Assembly (NCBI RefSeq): GCF_009834535.1
Contig: NC_045697.1
Location: 83,330,001-83,394,000, forward strand
Reading direction: 5' to 3'
DNA from: Camelus ferus
Taxonomy: Eukaryota
Length of the DNA stretch: 64,000 nt
Made by a program: the position numbers and the translations under genes. The notes under the pieces are model-generated. The model had not been told where the DNA came from. It did not search any database and saw nothing but the letters and a program-made list of their open reading frames with translations. The number at the start of each line of letters is the position of its first letter. Position 1 is the stretch's first letter. Shown here in pieces: positions 23,796 through 37,687 of this stretch.

Positions 23796-26700
23796 GATTA
23801 TATTCTCATTTTTTAAAAGATGGAAGTATATATAAAAGCAAGTCTACAGAGAATAGTAAATAGGAAATAATGAAGCAGGAAGGAAGAATGGGATCAACAC
23901 ATAACTTCCGAGATTAACCAGAGGAGAACTTTTAGCTTGAATTGGTGTATATCCTCAGAATGTCAGAAATATCCATTGGCAATATACTACATAATCATAT
24001 TCCACTTTCAGTGGTCTTCTTAACAGAGTAATTAAATAACTTAGAGTAATGAAATGGCTTACAAATAGAGCAATTAATGGAAAATACTTTGTAAATCTAA
24101 TCTATTCAAGGTCCCAAAACTGAACCACAGATAAGTTTAGTGCATTATTAGCTGGTTATCCTAAAAAACAGAATATCCAAAAAAGCAGAATAACTTTATC
24201 TCTAAGAGAAAGATTTGATCTTTTTTCATTCATGTGATCACCTTCTTTAAAAAAAACATAAAAGTTACATATTTACATCTCTGTTAATTAAGCAAAATTT
24301 AAACCAGTAGCATCTAATTTTCCAAGAGGGTGAGGAGCAGTGTGGAGATGCCTCAATGATCATGAAGGCTTGAGTCATCAGTCTCTGACTTCTGTGTCTT
24401 CTGCTGAACCAGGGATATGCTTTTGAGACTGAGATGATCTTGTTCTTCTCTACTTTGCAAAGACCCTGACCGTCACATCATTTGGCATTTGGCATTTGCT
24501 AAGTGGTTTTTGAACCAAAATAAATAAAGAGGTGAAAACCATAAGAAAAGTCTAACTTATTGTGCCATTAAAGCAATTTCTACTTTAGGAACAATGGCGA
24601 CCTAGCAAGTGACCATGCTTTAGAAGTCACACTTCCTAGCAATCTGAAAAGACAAATTATAAGGAACAAAGGAGAAACCTGTCACTTTTAGTGCAACTGA
24701 TGTTTGAGAAGATAGAATTAACACTATCCATGAAGAGTGAGAATCTCAAAGGTGAGAAATTTTCTTTACCACCCATGTCTCCAAGGACCCACAAGGAAGC
24801 TACAGATAAGTGAAATATCTGAGCAACACCTATTATGTCAAGAAAACGAAGAAATCAGCCAGGAAGTCAGCTGTGATAAAATCACAAGAGATGCAGCCTA
24901 AATAGACATTTAACTGCAGAAATCATGTATGGTTCATATGGGAAGGTGCTGTAATGGTCAAAATTCAACCAATAAGCCTTGGGGTAATCAAGAAACAAGT
25001 CACTGTGACCACTGTTGTTATGACTGGCTAAGATTTGACATGTCTTGTTTAAATACCTTTAATCCATGTATTTATAAAAGTATCCCTATCTTAAGACTGC
25101 AATTTTCATAATAAATATTAACTATTAAAAAATTGGTGAGATGGTTTGTATTTTAATATGTTAAAATTTTAGACAAGAAATATAAATTAAATAGCAAAGA
25201 TTTAACTATCCTTTTTAGGAGTCTCAAAAGTAAAATTAAACAGGTTTTCTATTTAAACACACACATGAGATCACACAGGATACAAGAGTATACAGCTGAG
25301 TAGTGACAGATTTTAAACAAATATTCTCATTCCGGTACAAGTGAAAAAAAGATAAACAGATCAATGTTGGACCCTCATGATTTTTCTTTAGGAAAACATC
25401 AATGTTACTATTTCCTTTTCTGGAAAATATAATAAGTGTTAATCCTTTCAGGAATCTAGAAATTTTTTTTCTATTACCAAAAATTATAAAGTTTCTGTAT
25501 GAACACTCAAAGACTTTTTCAAAATTTTTGTTTTGGAACATCAAGGAAGCTAGGTTCTTGAGATTTTCTTAGGAATAATGGTGGAGAGCATTACAAATAG
25601 AAAAATCACTGGAATTACAATTTAGAGTTTAGAACTGAAATGAAAATTCATTTTTTGAAAGTGAATATGAAAGTAAATTAGTAACAGACTGAAAAGCAAA
25701 GACTTTAAAAACAAATAATAATATTTAGATGAAATTTGTTTAAATGGCAAAGTGAAAATATATAAAGTAAACAAGATGAAATCTAAGTACACAGGTTCCC
25801 AGGATAAATCATTCATTACTGAAAACTTGACTGTCAACTACTAGGGCATGTTGCAGATTATAGAGGTAGGTAGACTTCACATATTGGTAGAAATACTATA
25901 ATGGCACAAGAGAAGAGAAGGGCTATCCTTTAGCTTTAAAAGAGCAAAAACAAATTACACCAGAGATTCCCATGGTCAGTGGCAATTATTGCAAGAATGT
26001 TTAAAGACCGCGATCATTCCCTCAGAGTGCTTTCTGTTGTAAAATAAAGAGCATCCAATTTTTCAGTAAACATCTTGAAATTTTACCCAATCTTCTCATG
26101 CTCTCCTTAGCTCTTTTTAAATATCATCTTCTCCTAAAAACAAGCAAACAACCTAAAAAGACTGTTCCTTTCTTACGTGATTCTATCATCCATTTAAAAT
26201 GGACTGTCTAGTTCCAGCATCTTAATGCAGCTGCAGTCTGATGCGCTTCGATAATCAGGGACAGTGTCAGGAGTTGGAAAGTCATTTTGTTTAACTGACC
26301 TTGCATCCAACATACTTGATAAGGCAATCATGCAACATTATACTAATTAATAGTCAAGAATCTTTTGCTCCTGAGAATACACAACATGATACAGCAACCA
26401 TGAAATCTAAAAACTCTTTAAAAGATATTTTAGGTAGAATTTTTGGAGCATCTTCAAAAATTAAAAGGTGTTCTTATAGACATTCCCACTGCTTTACTGA
26501 ATAATCTAGAGAATATCTTTCATAAGTGAAAGGGGAACATTATTGATGAGCTATTACATGATTATCTTACAAAATTTATTTACATAAAAGTATGCTTATG
26601 CAAAAGAGTTGGGTGACAGCATTTAGATACTTAAGGAATCTCTCTTAAGTTGCCGAGTTCTGAAATACCAAGAAGAGCCACAGAATTTTAAACCACAAAT

Positions 26701-29249
26701 TGTAAACTTGTAATCCCTATTTGCATATGTTAAAAAAAATCACAGAAGAAAAGTCAACTGTAAGCTACTAGAGGAAAATATACACACACAGTAATATAAT
26801 GGCCAGGAAAAAAATCAGCAGAACTTGTTAAATAAAAACACGTTAACTTCTTATTTGACCCGTACTTAAATAAAATCTATAAAACATGGAACACAGGGTC
26901 TGGAACATAGAAGATATGTAATCTCTTCCTTAGCATCTCCTCCCTCCTTCTCACTTCCTTTTACACTCTCTCCCTCTGCTCCTGTTTCCTATGTGTTTAT
27001 GTGCGTTTAACATCTTTTCCAAAATTAGTACCATACTCACCTCTCCAAAGCCTTCCCTTGCTCTCCAAGCCCCTATGTCTTAGTCAGTGCCTCATGCATT
27101 TATGTGATATGTACCAGATTGTGCAGTTGGTAGCAATGTAGTCCTTTCATGTGTTTGTATCTTAACTCCAAATGAGGCTTGTCATTCCTCTAAAGGTAGA
27201 AACTATAGATGCATTGCCTTCTCTAATGTCTATTTTTAAGTTGTTTATGCACACATAAAGACACATATGCCCACACACAATGCTTAATCAATGGATAGCG
27301 TTCTCTTTATTCTAACTCTATAACAAAGAGACAGGACTGATGGATCAAAGAGAAGTGATAGATTTGATCTTTATTTTTATTAGTAAACTTTATGATTCTA
27401 TTACACATAATACACATCAACAAACTGGGGAAGTTACCCCCTGGAAATCAAACAAGGGGAAATGGGTTTGAATTATAGCAAAGAAGATTTTCGTCTTCCT
27501 TTGCCTAAGAGTAAAGTTATTCTTATGTGATCTTAAAAAACTGTATCAGGCATCATGAACCTGGTGATTTCTTTCATTACTGTGGTCAGTTTGATATGTT
27601 ACAGCAATCAGAATTAATACGAACTAAAAACTTAATGCAAAAATATTCATATACTTTTACCAATATCTTGAGTGGAGACATCAATATTTTGATGGAGAAT
27701 CTCTCCTTTGTAGATTTTTATTGGTACTAGATTCTCAAATGACTGATTTCTAAGTCTGAAAAAGTAAATAACCTTACAAGTTCTATCACAATTTTAAGAT
27801 TCTATGAAATTTTGTTTTTAGGCACATAATTTGATATCCATCTCAAAATCAAGCAGAATGAGGAACACGAATATGAAGTAATTTTCCACATATGCAAAAA
27901 CACAGGGGTGGATCAAGAAACATCTTTAAATGTGTTAAAATTTGTTTTTGAAATGCATCTTGTTTTCAAACAAAATGTCAGTATGTGATTATAAAGTTCT
28001 AAATGCAATGTTTTAATCAAGTGCAGAAATAAATCATGAAGGACTTTAGGGAAAAATGTTATTTCATCCAATGCAATAAGAAAATAAACAAGTCTCAGTA
28101 GAGAAAACAAATACTGCAAGCTTGAGGTAGAAACCAAATCTCAATGTATCCAAAGAAAATAAGCAAAATTAACATTTCCCCTCTGCCGTCCCTCTTGACA
28201 GATGATCCTTTACACTCATGCATAGAAAATCACTTCAAGATTCAGGAAGAATTATATTAGTCTCTAGATGAACTGTCATACATCCATTAATATAGCAATT
28301 ATAATGACTATTAAAACAAGGAATTATGAACATAAAAACATATAATCATATATTAAAATATTAATAAATGTATAAGTTTATTTATACATATCTGTATTCT
28401 TTTAACAGTTTAACATACAAGTAAGAGAACAATTAAAATAAAGTTATGTTAGAATGACATGCCTGTAGCTTGAATTTTATTTAAATGTCCTAAAAGATTA
28501 TGCTTAATAATAATTAAACATTATGAGTTGTCTATAATTAAAGATTTTATTTAATAATTTTCTAGAAGTGTGTCCTTTTTCAAGTCTGAATTTAACAGAA
28601 CATTCTTTTTCTTTTCAGAAAATTAAGGCTGTACCATCTTGAGATTTTTGAGATATCTTCTGTTCCATGATTTCCAAAAGATTACAGCTTTTTAATCACA
28701 CCAAAGCTGCCTTTAATCCCTAATCCAGTAAACTTCTCTTAGGTTCTTGCTTATAGACTTTCCTGCAACCTTGGATGATGTTGTTGAACACACCAGTCCT
28801 ATTAAAAAAAACAAAAACAAAAACAAAAAAAAAAACTATCTTCCCTAGGAATCTGTCTTCTCCCTTGGTTCTTTACACAATTATACTTTTCTCCTTACTG
28901 AGACCCTTAAACCCAAACCTGCCCCATAAATGGAAGTGGTCTTCACTGATTTGCTTCCTCCCTCAGTCATTTTTATTTAGGTAGCTGTATAGTTTGACCT
29001 ACAACATAAGGACTTAATTAATTTGCACTTCCAATCACAATCTCACTTTGAGGTTCCAATGCAGAAATTTTAATTTTTTGCCAGATTGCTCTATTTTATT
29101 ATTACCAGCAGTCTGAAGTAATGTTGTCAGAATCCATTTTTTTTTACATTTTCCTGAAAACAATTTTTATTAAAACAAAAACATATTTCTATGAGTCAAA
29201 CTATCATTCTACGTGTTCAACAAGTATGAAATGTGAGAGCTATTATCTT

Positions 29250-30300
29250 TTCCACCTCTCTCCTTTATGCCCAAAATCCAGTTGGTCAAATGTTACAATC
29301 TTTACATTGTCCTCATCCTGGCTATCTCCACCTCCACAGTTACAGTGAAGACCTCGTCATCTCTCTATACCATGCTCTACAGCAGTCTTCAAAATGGCCT
29401 AAGGATGCTAAAAGGGGTAACACGGCAATACAATCAGGCATTTGTACTTCCATTTTTGTTAATATTTTATAATATCTAGAAGATATTAATATATATGTAA
29501 TTTATAAACAAACATATATGGTAATGTGTGCTCCAATTTTCTAATGACAGGAATGAACAATTTTAAATGTTTAGATGCCTCTAAAAGAATATTTCAACAG
29601 CCCCCTGAAAGGTAATTAGCTTTCCTACCTTCAGTATTTAGCCTCCACCTCATGAGCACATAATCACCAGATGAATGTTTCCTAGGCCTAACAATGTTCA
29701 CCTCACTATCTGAACAAAGTTCTTTAGTGGCTTTCTAGCGCCTCCTCAGTGAAACCCAATCTCAGTACCATGGCCCTCAAGGTCAATCACATGCCCACCA
29801 GCCCCCTTCTCCAAACACACACACACAAAAACACTCATTACTCTTCCAGCCATAACTTTCACTCTTCCTTTTCATGATCTCATCATCCCAATGAAATTAA
29901 ACCATCTATCATTACCTAAAATCTACCAAGTACCTCTATAGGTCTATGAATGGATAAACCTAATAAAAGCCAGGCCCTCATGCAAAGACTAAATAATAAT
30001 AATAAATATACAGTCATATTTATGGAAGCTCATTCCAACGACCAAAAATAAGTCTTAATGGAAATTCACTCTACTCATATGTCTTTAGGAATATCAGAGG
30101 GGGTCTAATTTCTCAACTATGCAAACCCACCTTAACTTCTCCCTCTAATACCCGATTCTCCAGCACTAACAGCTTCTCTGGAGTCTCTTACATGCCAAAC
30201 CCCTAACAACCCTCCCCAGTGCAGTCCATGAAGCATATCTTTCTCTCTCTACTGTCCATGGTTTCTTAGCTGCTTATTATGTCATTTCTCTATGTAAGCA
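29250..30300 (+). mobile_element. Fragmented L2 remnants (possibly with a DNA-transposon piece at ~29400-29580)
   Basis: Pyrimidine-rich L2-like blocks such as catggccctcaaggtcaatcacat and ctcttccagccata; limits approximate. Confidence 0.4.
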
Positions 30301-31304
30301 AAGCTAGTAATAGTAAGATATTTTCTTTCTCTGATGCTGTCTAGCATCTTCTTTGGGAAAAAAAGAAACAGAACTTCTATCAGGAGATGGGGGTCAGAGG
30401 AGAGGAGAAAGACGTAAAGAATCTGCTTGGCAGGTGGGGGATGATGGAGACAGAGAACCCTCATACATTAGTAGAAAACAGTTCTATACCCTGGGAAATC
30501 ACAATATATCGTCAGCCTGTTTATCTACAAAAGTCGAAATTCTGTTCAGTTTTCAAGATATGACCAAATTTCACTGCCTCCATGATTTCCTACAACAGAA
30601 ATTAAGTTTCTTTGCTCTCACTGGCCATTATCCTTGATTTATCTTCTAATCCACTTTTAACATACAGCATTTCATAATAGTTACCATCCTATCCAAATTT
30701 TTCTAATACATTGGTAACTTCTGAAAGTCAGGGACTAAATTGTTATCTTTGAATCCACTGTGGCATCTATCAGAAAACATTGCAAACAATAAGTAAATGC
30801 TAAAATATATAAGGAAACATCAAATATTGTCATGATTTCTTCAGCCAAGAACTTCTGGACACAAATTGTTACATTTTCTACCTTGTCTTTATTTTTTTAG
30901 GGGGAGGGTGTACTATCGTTTAGTAGTCTTTGGTAGTCTTGGGCATAGTTTGCATTTAGAGACGATATCTCTATATCAAATTACATATTGCAACATTCAG
31001 TGTGATAATGCTTGTAAATTCCAGTTGGGAAAAATTTTTATACCCTAACCTTAAATCTGTTACTCTTTAAAAGGTAAAAATTAGAAAAGAGAAAGAGCTG
31101 AATAGGAACAGCTTTTGACATTAAAAGAGTAACTTTGTTTGAGATCAGTAGCCAATTATTCAAAAGAAACAGTAATTAAATCAGTAAAATATGATTTTAC
31201 AAAAACTGCATAAATTCTTAAAACTTATTAAATCCACAACAGAAATAGTCACAAAGGAGGAATCTAACAGACTTCTTTTGCTTGCAGGGTTCTGCACCTA
31301 CATT

Positions 31305-32300
31305 TAGTCATTCACTTATTCATTCAAAAAATATGTATTGATTATTTAGTGCCTGTCAGATATTATATTGTAAGGCCCTATAGTAGATTAAAGATGACTG
31401 AGAAATCCATCCATTTCTTGAAGTGTTAAAAAAATTGGAGTCGTGAAACAGCTTAGTGATTTAAAGTAGACTATGAATATATAATCATTCACTATTCAAA
31501 AAGCAAATGACTTATTGAGCATTGTGTGACAAGCGATTTGCTAGGCTGGAACTGGTAATATCAAGAAAACTCAGTCCAGGGGCTAAAGGAACTTGTAATC
31601 CTATGCTATAAGAGATGTGCTCACAACGTGCAAGGAAAGCATAAAGAAGCTTCAACCCTGCCCAGAGATGCCAAAGCAGAACTGACTCAGGAGTTAACCT
31701 TTAGACAGTGTCAGGATGGATAAGCAGGGCCTCTCACTTGGTAAAGGAAGAGGAGAAAGAATTTGCAGCCAGAGGTAACTGCATGTGCGAAGGTGTAGAG
31801 GAATGAAAAAGTGTGACGTGTTTTATGAACAAAAGACTTGTACTGGAACAAAGCATGAATATAGATGAGGGGCAGGGATCAGACTGTGAAGGATCTTATG
31901 TGCCACACAAGGATTTTGGTCTTTAATATATTCTGAATAGAATGGAGCTCTTCATGTGTCTTAAGCAAGTGAGTAGCATATTCAGATTTATAATGTAGAC
32001 AAAAAAAAATTCACTGTGATGTAGAAGGATGGAGCCATTAGAAACCAACAAATGAGATTATAGCAATAGTCTATTCAGTGATAAGAATTTTCCCTGAAGT
32101 CAAAGGGGATAAATAAAGGGACAGCAATATCTGGTTATTAAAATCAGCAGAACTTAGTGACAAATAATACGGTATCGGATGAAGGAGATGGAGGAGGCAG
32201 TAAAGTGAAAATTAATTTCCAGGTGACAGGTTTGGGTGACCAAGTGGTTGGTGGGTCTATTTATAGAAACAGAGAATGTATCATGGTAATATCTATAAAA
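31305..32300 (-). mobile_element. L2 fragments
   Basis: cattcacttattcattcaaaaaatatgtattga (antisense L2 tail); purine-rich body with gatcagactgtgaaggatcttatgtgccac. Confidence 0.65.
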
Positions 32301-32713
32301 AAAATCTAATATCAACTTGGATATTAAGTTTCCAAGTCTGAATCATCTATTCAGGCTTACCCTGGGGATACCCATATATTGGTAAGTAAAGAAAAATTAA
32401 GGTAGATTTAAGATCATAAGGTATGGTTTAAATTTTACTTTCTAGTACATTAGTTGTATTATATATCTGTATAAATTAATAAAAAAAAAGTTTCCTTCCT
32501 TTAAAGACCTGTTACCATAAAATTGGGATTTATATAAGTGATCAATGTTACTATTTCCTTTTTTAAAAAATGAATTATTTGCCTCAACAGGAAACTTTCC
32601 TTAGCGTTATTTTAGATAGAGTATTCCTTAATGATTTCAAAGTAAGATTACAGTTGGGTGGAAAGATACATTGATATATACACATCTATTCACAGATAGA
32701 TGTTTTTCACCAG

Positions 32714-32829
32714 AACAGGGATACTGGCTATTCACTGATCATGGCTGTTGTGATGCGTGTGGCCACACAGTACTGGTTGTAGATACCAAGGATACCACCG
32801 CCTACTGCACAAACTAGGATACAGCTGAG
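32714..32829 (+). other. Candidate non-coding exon on the + strand
   Basis: Acceptor tgtttttcaccag|, consensus donor GAG|gtgagt, 116 nt, stops in all frames. Confidence 0.25.
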
Positions 32830-33179
32830 GTGAGTCAATGTGACAACTGAATTTAACAAACACCTCTCAAAGGATCAACAGCACTCTGCAAAAGAGTTAT
32901 TAATAAACAGGATAATGTCTTTTGTACTAAGTATATATAAAATCATATTTAAAGGTATTCTGTACCAAAAAAGAAAAAGGAAAAGAGAAATGCAGTTTTT
33001 GAAGAAATACCCATCTGTGTTTGTGAGAAAACAGTGAGGAGAATTGCAATGTCCCTATTTTGTGACTCTGTGATACTTAATTTCATTAGCTTTTCAATAT
33101 AATCACACAACTTCTATAATGCAAACTGTAATAATAGAGTAAGGAAAAGTTAGGAGATTTCCCTAAGTACCTGAAAGCC

Positions 33180-33520
33180 AGAAGAGGACTTATAGAGGAG
33201 TATTTCAGGAGAATTGGGATGTCGGAGGTAGGACAGATCAGGAAAGAAAGCTCAGCAAAGGTGAGGTCTTGGCTAAAGTCTCAATTCAGCCTGATCCCAC
33301 GAGGCACTCTGGAGCATAAATTGCACCGAGCTGGTTCTCGTTGGAGACAAGGGACTAGCCCTTGTATACTCGTGTTAGTTAGTCATTGATGCTTCCCTTC
33401 AAGGTGGGTGAAGGTGGGAAGTGTATAATCCGGGGGCACATTAGCTCTTATTGGGCCAGAGGGATGAGTGCACTTGCCTTGTGAAAGGGAACCTGGTGAA
33501 ACAGCAAGAGCATCTACTTC
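33180..33520. mobile_element. Old ERVL-type LTR fragment (LTR33/LTR16-like)
   Basis: ttcagcctgatcccacgaggcactctggagcataaattgcacc resembles recalled ERVL LTR consensus. Confidence 0.45.
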
Positions 33521-33563
33521 AGAGACATAATGCAGAAATACTGTTTTAAAAAAGAAGTCTCCT

Positions 33564-34330
33564 AGTCCTCAAGTAATAAATGTTAGAGAGGGTGTGAAGA
33601 AAAAGAAACCCTCCTACAATGTTGGTGAGAATGTAAATTGATGCAGCCATTACGGAGGACAGGATGGAGGTTCCTTCAAAAACTAAAAACAGACTTACCA
33701 CATGATCCAGCAATCCCACTTCTGGGCATATACCCAGAGAAAATTCTAACTGAAAAAGCCACATGTATCCCAATGTTTACAGCAGCACTATTTACAATAG
33801 CCCAGACATGGAGGCATAAATGTCCATTGAAAGATGATTGGATAAAGAAGATATGGTATACACACACAATGGAATATTACTCAGCCATAAAAAGAATTAA
33901 ATAATGTCATTTGCAGCAACATGGATGGACCTAGAGATTATCATAATAAGTGAAGTCAGACAGAGAAAGACAAACATCATATATTACTTATGTGTGGAAT
34001 CTAAAAAAAGTTATACAAATAAACTTATTTACAAATCAGAAATAGACTCAAAGACATAGAAAACAAGCTATGGTTACCAAAGGGGAAAGGTGTTGGGGAG
34101 AGGGATACATTAGGAGTTTGGGATTAACGTATACACACTACTATACATAAAACAGATAAACAACAAGGACCTACTGTATAGCACAGGGGACAATACTCAA
34201 TATCTTGTAATAACCTATAATGGAAAAGAATCTGGAAAAGTATATATATTTATATATGTATAACTGAATCACTTTGCTGTACACTTGAAACTAACACATT
34301 ATAAATCAACTATACTTCAATAAAAAGAAA
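33564..34330 (+). mobile_element. 5'-truncated cetartiodactyl L1 (ORF2 C-terminus and 3' UTR)
   Basis: ORF 33638-33904 contains LPHDPAIPLLGIYP and MFTAALFTIA..WIKKIWY..TMEYYSAIK; A-tail; possible TSD aaaaaagaagt. Confidence 0.93.
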
Positions 34331-34503
34331 AAAAAGAAGTTATATCATGCATGCAGTCCAAGTAAGCAGTGAAGAAATACACTGTTTGATGAGGGCCACA
34401 AGGTGCTGAGAAGAGAAAATAAATACTAAAACTAGATGTACACATTCCATTCGAAGTTATTATATACAGAAGTGAAATTTAATTGTAGACTCCACTTAAG
34501 TTA

Positions 34504-35071
34504 ATACAGACAAATTCTAAGACAGCTACATGATCTCCACTCCCTACTGTTACACCCTGTATAATCTCCTCCCCTTGAGTCTGGAAGGACCCGCAATTTG
34601 CTTCTAGTCAATAGAATATGGCAAAGGTGATGGGATGGCACTTCCATTTTGTTATATAAGACTCCATCTTCGCCAACTGGAGGGACCATCCCACCTGCCA
34701 TGAAGAAGCAGACAGCCCTGTTGTGAACTGCCAATCAAGAGGGCCACATGGCAAGGAACTGCAACTGGGCTCTAGGACTTAAGAGCAGCTTCCAGCCAAA
34801 ACCCAGGAAAAAACCAGGATCTTCAGTCATGCAGCCACAAGGAAATGAGCTCTGTCAAAAATGTGAGAGCCTTGGAAGAGGAGCCATCCCTGGTCAAACC
34901 TTTAGATGAGAAAACAGCCTGTCCAACACCTTGACTTCTATGAATTCCTAAGGGAGAATCCAGCTAAACCACATCCTGATTTCTGACCTACAGAAACTGT
35001 GAAGTAATAAATGTAAGTTGTTTAAAAACGTTAACTTTGTGGTAATTTGTTAGACAATTAAAAATGAATAC
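34504..35071 (+). mobile_element. MLT1E-like MaLR LTR
   Basis: ataatctcctccccttgagt, gggccacatggcaaggaactg, cagaaactgtgaagtaataaatg, ggtaatttgtt...aataca. Confidence 0.85.
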
Positions 35072-35074
35072 ATC

Positions 35075-35730
35075 AAGTAACTAGAAAAATGTGGAGAATT
35101 GGGTCACACATGTGCTACCTGAGGGACTGTAAACCGATACAACCTTTTTGGAAAACTATTAGGGACTGTCTACAAATGCCAAATATATACACTCCATGCT
35201 ACGATTCAGCAACGTAACTCTTAAGTATATATCAAACTCAAACATTTAAACATCTTCACCACAAAACATGTTCCACAATATTTCTAAAAGTACTGTTCAT
35301 AAAGCCCAAACTGGAGCCTACCAATTATCTCTAATTTGCATAATGGATAAATAAGTGTTATAGTCACCCAATGATATGCTAGACAGCAAGAAAAATACAA
35401 GAACTACAATTCTGTAGGAGAATGTGGATGAATCTCACATTCACAGTACAAAGTCAAAGAAACCTAACACAAAAGATTACCCACTGATTCCATTTATACA
35501 AAGCTTAAAAACAGGAAAACCAGTCTTTGGTGTCATAAACCAGGATAGCGGTGACTCCTTGGGAATAGTGACTGGAAGAGGCAGAAATGGGGCTCCTAAA
35601 TGCAAAAATGTGAAAGGTCCTTTTTCTTAACGTGGATGATACTTTATTTTAGGAAAATTTATCAATTTTTACACTAATGGTTTGCATACATACCAATATG
35701 CATGTTATTTTCAATAAACATTTGCTTAAA
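35075..35730 (+). mobile_element. L1ME-like ORF2 end and 3' UTR
   Basis: gtggatgaatctcac...tgattccatttatacaaagcttaaaaacagg...caataaacattt. Confidence 0.75.
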
Positions 35731-35959
35731 AAACTAGTGTAATGATCCTCTTTACTTTTGTATATTTCATATTCATAAATAGATATAATAGGAATGTTTA
35801 ATGAGGGATCTATAGAGATATACTAGTTTCTGTGACTTGATTTACATGTAATTTTCCAGGCACTAAAAGAGAATATGAAGGTAAATTTTGGAGTGGTTGT
35901 CAAGACCTCTAAATAACCTATAGGTTTAGTAATGTATAAAATTCAAACTTTTATAGGAC

Positions 35960-36460
35960 ATGCCAGACCATCAAATTAAAAAGCAGTTGGAAATCTGGAA
36001 AAAGCATTTGCAACATATGTGACAGGCAGAAGAGGTTGTGCCCTTAACATATGTGTGCATGTGTGAGTGTGTCTGTGTGTATATAAACTCCAAGTCAGTA
36101 AGAAATAAACGTTGAAGAGAAAAATGGGAAAATATCATAAAAAGGCTAATTTTCAAATATAAATTATCTCAAAACATACATTCTAAATAGGTATATATCA
36201 TTTCTAATCCACCAGTTGGAAAATGTTTAAATGAATATTAGCCAACGCTAATTAGGGTGTGAGCAAACAGGTAGGCTCCACCTCTGCTACTGGCGATATA
36301 AATTGATTCAACTTTTCTGAAGAAGCTTACTCATATATTTGCATGCTGTTAACCTAACTATTCAAATTCTAGAATTTTATAATAGAATCAGAGACATATT
36401 TAAAGATGCATTTAATAGCTGCATACCACTGATGCATTAACAGTTTAAAATATTAGAAAA
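35960..36460 (+). mobile_element. Decayed L1ME ORF2 fragments
   Basis: atctggaaaaagcatttgcaacatatgtgacag and aaattgattcaacttttctgaa. Confidence 0.55.
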
Positions 36461-37687
36461 TATCATGGAGAACATATCTTTTCAATAGCTAATACAGACT
36501 TTCCATTGTAGACAGACAGCTACCTTTGTTGAAAAAAAATGCAAGTGAAATAGAGGAGCAGAGTGGTGATTTTTTTATCATGTAGATACGTACTTGATCC
36601 AGCACAATTTATCAAAAATATTATTTTTAAGTCCAGTATCCAGAATCAGCCTACTCTATTCAAACATGGGAAGATAATTCGAAAATTAGAAAGATGAGTT
36701 ATACAGAAAAGAAATTCCCTGGAAATCTTTCGCAAAGTAAAGGAGAAGAATGAAGTTAAGAAAAAGGGCTATGACAAAAATACTGAATTTATATCTTTAA
36801 GGAATGTGTCTGTTTCATTTATCTTGATTCTTTTAATTGATTTAGTTTTAAACATTAACATTTAAAACTCTGAAATTTTAACCTATATCTTTACCCAGCA
36901 GTGCAACAAACGTCTATGAAAACCATTCCCACTGTAGTCACATTTAAATATATTTAAAACTACTTTTACTACAATGCAATAAAATTGACATATTTTTTAA
37001 AAACCATACTGAGTCAGCTCCTGGAATAGCTTTAAGAAAATTCTATTATAGGAAGATTCTCTCTAGATATAAAACTAGATCATCTTAATTTTTCTAAGTT
37101 ATTTCTGAGATGTGGTATCATTAAACTTTTCCAAGTTGAATATGAGTTGAATCTATAAAATAAAGAGTCTGAAAAACACATTCATCTTAGTGTTTCCTTG
37201 CAGATATAGGTGCCTGAGTGATACGTGAAACATTGTTTATTGTTAAGGAGTCATTGTGATCTACTGAGAAACTTGAATTATTCATAGCTCCAGTTTACAA
37301 AAAGGTAACTTAAGAAGACTGTTGTTAAATAGAACTACTCAATCAGTCCTTGTCTTCACTTAAGATGAAACACTTTGTCTGAGAAACAATTGAACACATC
37401 ACTAGGAGCCATAACTAATGTTTTCAAAGGATGAGCTTTAAGGAGGAATTCTCATATTCTTTTTCTACTTCTAGGGCCCCAGTTTCTCTGTAAACAAAAT
37501 ATATGTATAAAGCACTTTTATCACTTGCTTGACAAAGACATTTTATTACCTACTCTATGAAACATTGTTAAACACTCTGCACTGTATAGTGTAATGAAAA
37601 AGGCAGTTTCCCTTAGGATGGAAAAATTTTCAAGACAAACACGGCCAAGTTGGAAGAGATAAATGGTCACCAACTTTATCTTTTGCC

